From Eledone cirrhosa (taxonomy: Eukaryota), in NCBI GenBank assembly GCA_964016885.1, contig CAXHJY010001678.1:1-34183 (forward strand): a stretch of 34,183 nt of DNA. Direction: 5' to 3'. Below, piece by piece: positions 26,646-34,183 of the stretch; position 1 is the first letter of the stretch, and every line of letters begins with the position of its first letter. The notes under the pieces were generated by a model. The model was not told where the DNA came from, did not search any database, and was given only the letters and a program-made list of their open reading frames with translations. Made by a program: the position numbers and the translations under genes.

Positions 26646-27216
26646 TACACACACACATATGTACATACATATATACAAACATACATATATACATATATAT
26701 GCATACATAAATAAATATACATACATGCACATAAATATACATATATATATATGCATACATATATAAATATACATACATTTATAATTATACATACATACAT
26801 AGAAATATACATACATTTATAATTATACATACATATAAATATACATACATATATATATACACATTAGCGCAGAGTGGTTAACCGTCCTGTATATATATAC
26901 AGATATAACATTGTACACAAAGGCTGTTAGCGAACTTCTTTACACACACACACAAACATACATACATACATAATATATATATATACATATATATCCTGTA
27001 GATATATAAACGTATATAAATCCTCTCCATGCCGTAATAGAACACTATAAACAATGTTTATCACTAAATATATACGAAAAATGTATAAATATATGTCAAA
27101 AGACAACATAAATAAAATAGATTTATACGCATGCATACACACTGAATTCGGTGTGAACACAGCTAATGTATGCATCTATTTATGTGTGTATGTTTGTAAG
27201 TGTGTGTGTGTGTATA

Positions 27217-27254
<38 letters not shown>

Positions 27255-27402
27255 TACATACATACACCCACACATACATACATATGTATGTATGCAGTTA
27301 TGTTCGCTAAATTATGCTGTGTTGTCCATTTTCCTACATAAATATTGTCGTTCGCATGCTTCCATATAGACAAGATCATATGTATGTGCGTGTAGTATGG
27401 AA

Positions 27403-27467
<65 letters not shown>

Positions 27468-27502
27468 AATGAGTTATCTGGTTTGTTAATTATTAAACGA
27501 AG

Positions 27503-28009
27503 TTAATTTATATTTATATATATATATATTTCATGATTGCTTTTGAATGAAACAGTTCTAGTCCTGTAGAAGCCATTTCACTCTCTATCTCATATATATA
27601 TATAAATGAAAGGTATAGAAAGTATTGTAGCAAAAAGCCAACAGTATTCCATAATATATAAGTGACTATAGCGTCAAAATGGGAAAATAATTCAAACTCA
27701 ATGCAAAAAGAATCAGGATATAGATTTATCCAACAGAATTTAGTGAAATCCAGGGAATATATATATATGTATGACAACAATTGAAAGCTCAAAGGTGATT
27801 TTATAGTTTTAACATTTTCCCAACTCTACATTAAATTTGTTGATGTTTTCGGAATGGAGATATTCAGACATGTGTTTGGTAAATAATTATGTTATGTATG
27901 TTGTTTAATAGATCCTGGAGAGATCAATACATCAGAAATATATATTCCTGTTGTATTGATTGAAACGTTCGTAAATCAATTAAATAATTAAATGTAATTT
28001 AATCCTGGT

Positions 28010-28085
<76 letters not shown>

Positions 28086-28157
28086 TACAATTATATATAC
28101 ATGTTTATTTACACACACACACATATATATATGTATATATACAAATATATATACATG

Positions 28158-28219
<62 letters not shown>

Positions 28220-28775
28220 GACACACACACAACCGGGATTAAATTACATTTAATTATAATTGATTTACGAACGTTTCAATCAATACAACAGGAATATATA
28301 TTTCTGATGTATTGATCTCTCCAGGATCTATTAAACAACATACATAACATAATTATTTACCAAACACATGTCTGAATATCTCCATTCCGAAAACATCAAC
28401 AAATTTAATGTAGAGTTGGGAAAATGTTAAAACTATAAAATCACCTTTGAGTTTTCAATTGTTGTCATACATATATATATATTCCCTGGATTTCACTAAA
28501 TTCTGTTGGATAAATCTATATCCTGATTCTTTTTGCATTGAGTTTGAATTATTTTCCCCACATCTTACGTTAACTATTTTCCCATCTTGACGCTATAGTC
28601 ACTTATATATTATGGAATACTGTTGGCTTTTTGCTACAATACTTTCTATACCTTTCATTTATATATATATATATATATATATATGAGATAGAGAGTGAAA
28701 TGGCTTCTACAGGACTAGAACTGTTTCATTCAAAAGCAATCATGAAATATATATATATATATAAATATAAATTAA
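27503..28775. repeat. ~1.27-kb foldback with ~580-bp arms; family A HHR remnants near both outer ends (27533-27570 +, 28706-28743 -)
   Basis: Arms ~27503-28080 and ~28163-28775 are reverse complements, including the (GT)n(TA)n/(TA)n(CA)n inner ends. They differ by a few substitutions and a ~24-nt indel near 28558-28581. Confidence 0.95.
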
Positions 28776-28776
28776 T

Positions 28777-29012
28777 CCCCCCCCCCCTCCCTAAATAAAA
28801 TATTTTTTCCTCGTACATATCTTTCCCTTCGTTAATTTTCAAATTCTTTAAATTTATACATTATCTTCCAACGGTTTTCAACCTCTCTATGTAAAACAAT
28901 ATATCTTCTCTCAGTTATAAAAACTATCTCTTTCTCTCTATCACCCATCTCTCCCTCTCATCTCCTCCCCTTTTTCATCCTCCCCCCCCTCTCTAAATAA
29001 AATATTTTTCCC
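28777..29012. repeat. ~32-bp direct repeat pair (poly-C-TCYCTAAATAAAATATTTTT)
   Basis: Copies at ~28777-28810 and ~28982-29012. Confidence 0.7.
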
Positions 29013-29042
29013 AATATCACACATCAATCTAAAACCACTTTT

Positions 29043-29203
29043 CATATGTTGATTTAAAACTGCACTATCCACAAGTGTGTTTTAGCCTTCATATCATGTT
29101 CTCCTGTTTTATCTGATGAAAACACAAATATTATTGCATGATGTTGTTTGTTTTTGAAATGCGCATAATAAAATACATGGAACTCCTTTAACCATCTTTT
29201 GAT

Positions 29204-29210
<7 letters not shown>
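29043..29210 (+). mobile_element. ~165-bp HHR element 'family C'
   Basis: Reverse complement of 33167-33335 with about ten differences; the 3' end runs into (TA)n. Confidence 0.9.
29105..29175 (+). ncRNA. Complete type I hammerhead ribozyme
   Basis: Stem I TTTTAT/ATAAAA; CTGATGA 29113-29119; AU-rich 36-nt domain II; GAAA 29156-29159; palindromic stem III ATGCGCAT; AUA site. Confidence 0.85.
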
Positions 29211-29284
<74 letters not shown>

Positions 29285-29789
29285 ATATATGTGTGTGTGT
29301 GTGTGTATATACAAATATATATATATACATATGTTTATATATGAATATACAAATATACATATATGCATATACAAATATATATATACATATGTTTATTTAT
29401 ATATATGTCTATTTATACACATACATATATATATATATGTATAAATTTACATACATACATATGTATATATACATACACATACATATGTATATATATTTAC
29501 ATATGTATATATATTTACATATCTATATCCATATATATACATATATATATTGAGTTAAGAACTCAGGGTAGTCTCTTACAATTAAATAGCTCTAAGAAAA
29601 AAAGCTTTTCCGAGCCGTACAATGTAATTGAATAAATAAGAGAGATGAACACCAATATAAACATACATGTGTTCGAATCGTAAGAACTAAGATTTGCTAG
29701 GGTGAAAAAATACTAACTAACGACAGCAATATAGTTTGTTACCCTTAACTTTAAATATTAAATTAAGAAAAATAACAGACCTATATTGG

Positions 29790-33166
<3,377 letters not shown>

Positions 33167-33168
<2 letters not shown>

Positions 33169-33339
33169 AAGATCAAAAGATGGTTAAAGGAGTTCAATAT
33201 ATTTTATTATGCGCATTTCAAAAACAAACATCATCAAGCAATAATATTTGTGTTTTCATCAGATAAAACAGGAGAATATGATATGAAGGCTAAAAAAACA
33301 CTTGTTGATAGTGCAGTTTTAAATCAACATATGTTGATT
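33167..33339 (-). mobile_element. Second family C element, inverted
   Basis: Mirror of 29043-29210; the 5' end is capped by the perfect palindrome AATCAACATATGTTGATT (33322-33339). Confidence 0.9.
33200..33270 (-). ncRNA. Complete type I hammerhead ribozyme (family C copy 2)
   Basis: Minus strand TTTTAT-CTGATGA-...-GAA-ATGCGCAT-A-ATAAAA; core and stems I/III are identical to 29105-29175. Confidence 0.85.
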
Positions 33340-33835
33340 ATATGTATATATATATATATACATATATATATATACATACATATATATATATACATACATA
33401 CATATATACACATACACATATATATATACATACATACATATATACACATACACATATATATATATATACATATATATATACATATATATACATATATATA
33501 CATATATATATATACATATATATACATATATATATACATATATACATATATATATACATATATACATATATATATACATATATATATACATATATACATA
33601 TATATATACATATATATATACATATATACATATATATATACATATATATATATATATACATATATATATACATATACATATATATATACATATACATATA
33701 TATATACATATATATATACATATATACATATATATATACATATATATATATATATACATATATATATACATATATATATACATATACATATATACATATA
33801 CATATATACATATACATATATATATACATATATAC

Positions 33836-33880
<45 letters not shown>

Positions 33881-34183
33881 CACATATATACATATACATA
33901 TATATACATATATATATATACATATACATATATATATATACATATACATATATATATATATACATATATATATATACATATAACATATATATATATATAC
34001 ATATATATATATACATATATATATATACATATACATATATATACATACACATATACACATATACATACATATACATATATATATACATATACATATACAC
34101 ATATACATACATATACATATACACATATACATATATACATATATACATATACACATATATATATATACATATATACATATACA
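33340..34183. repeat. Interrupted (TA)nCA satellite running off the window end
   Basis: Direct inspection. Further tracts of the same type lie at ~4357-4582, 4933-5137, 6490-6820, 18016-18364, 18557-18898, 19643-19982, 20572-21322, 24193-24532, 24884-25534, 26040-26250, 26465-26862 and 29211-29550. Confidence 0.97.

Noticed and set aside
26862-26890. tRNA-like TAGCGCAGAGTGGTTAA
   Set aside because: A-box-like only; no B-box or cloverleaf. The SINE heads elsewhere also fail to form tRNAs.
28303-28330. CTGATGT followed by a GATC hairpin as a hammerhead
   Set aside because: Wrong position 9, and no GAAA/NUH with a pairing stem I.

Overview
Very AT-rich, repeat-dominated eukaryotic (animal) DNA. 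The SINE families and the extreme (TA)n/(TACA)n content suggest a cephalopod such as Octopus; this is pattern-based inference, not a database result. No intact host coding gene is visible, and nearly all ORFs in the track are Tyr/Ile-rich read-throughs of microsatellites. The real coding remnants are all retroelements: a 5'-truncated, frameshifted R4/Dong-like RLE non-LTR element (~21325-24192, +), a Penelope-like GIY-YIG 3' fragment (17224-17822, -), a decayed RTE LINE 3' end (~8790-9970, +) and a probable CRE-like C-terminal scrap (~2750-2900, +). Main hidden signal: most unique 'islands' between the TA tracts carry a minimal type I hammerhead ribozyme (HHR) motif. By eye I count 8 complete cores, 5 near-complete ones and several halves, from roughly ten different sequence families. 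Most have a palindromic or near-palindromic stem III, several have unusual cores (U3-A8 covariation, U-U closure of stem II, 36-62 nt domain II), and many sit in inverted/foldback pairs abutting (TA)n. This resembles a dense cluster of Penelope pseudo-LTRs or retrozyme-like non-autonomous elements. A possible promoter and non-coding first exon lies at ~7785-7931. Boundaries were read by eye and may be off by a few bases.
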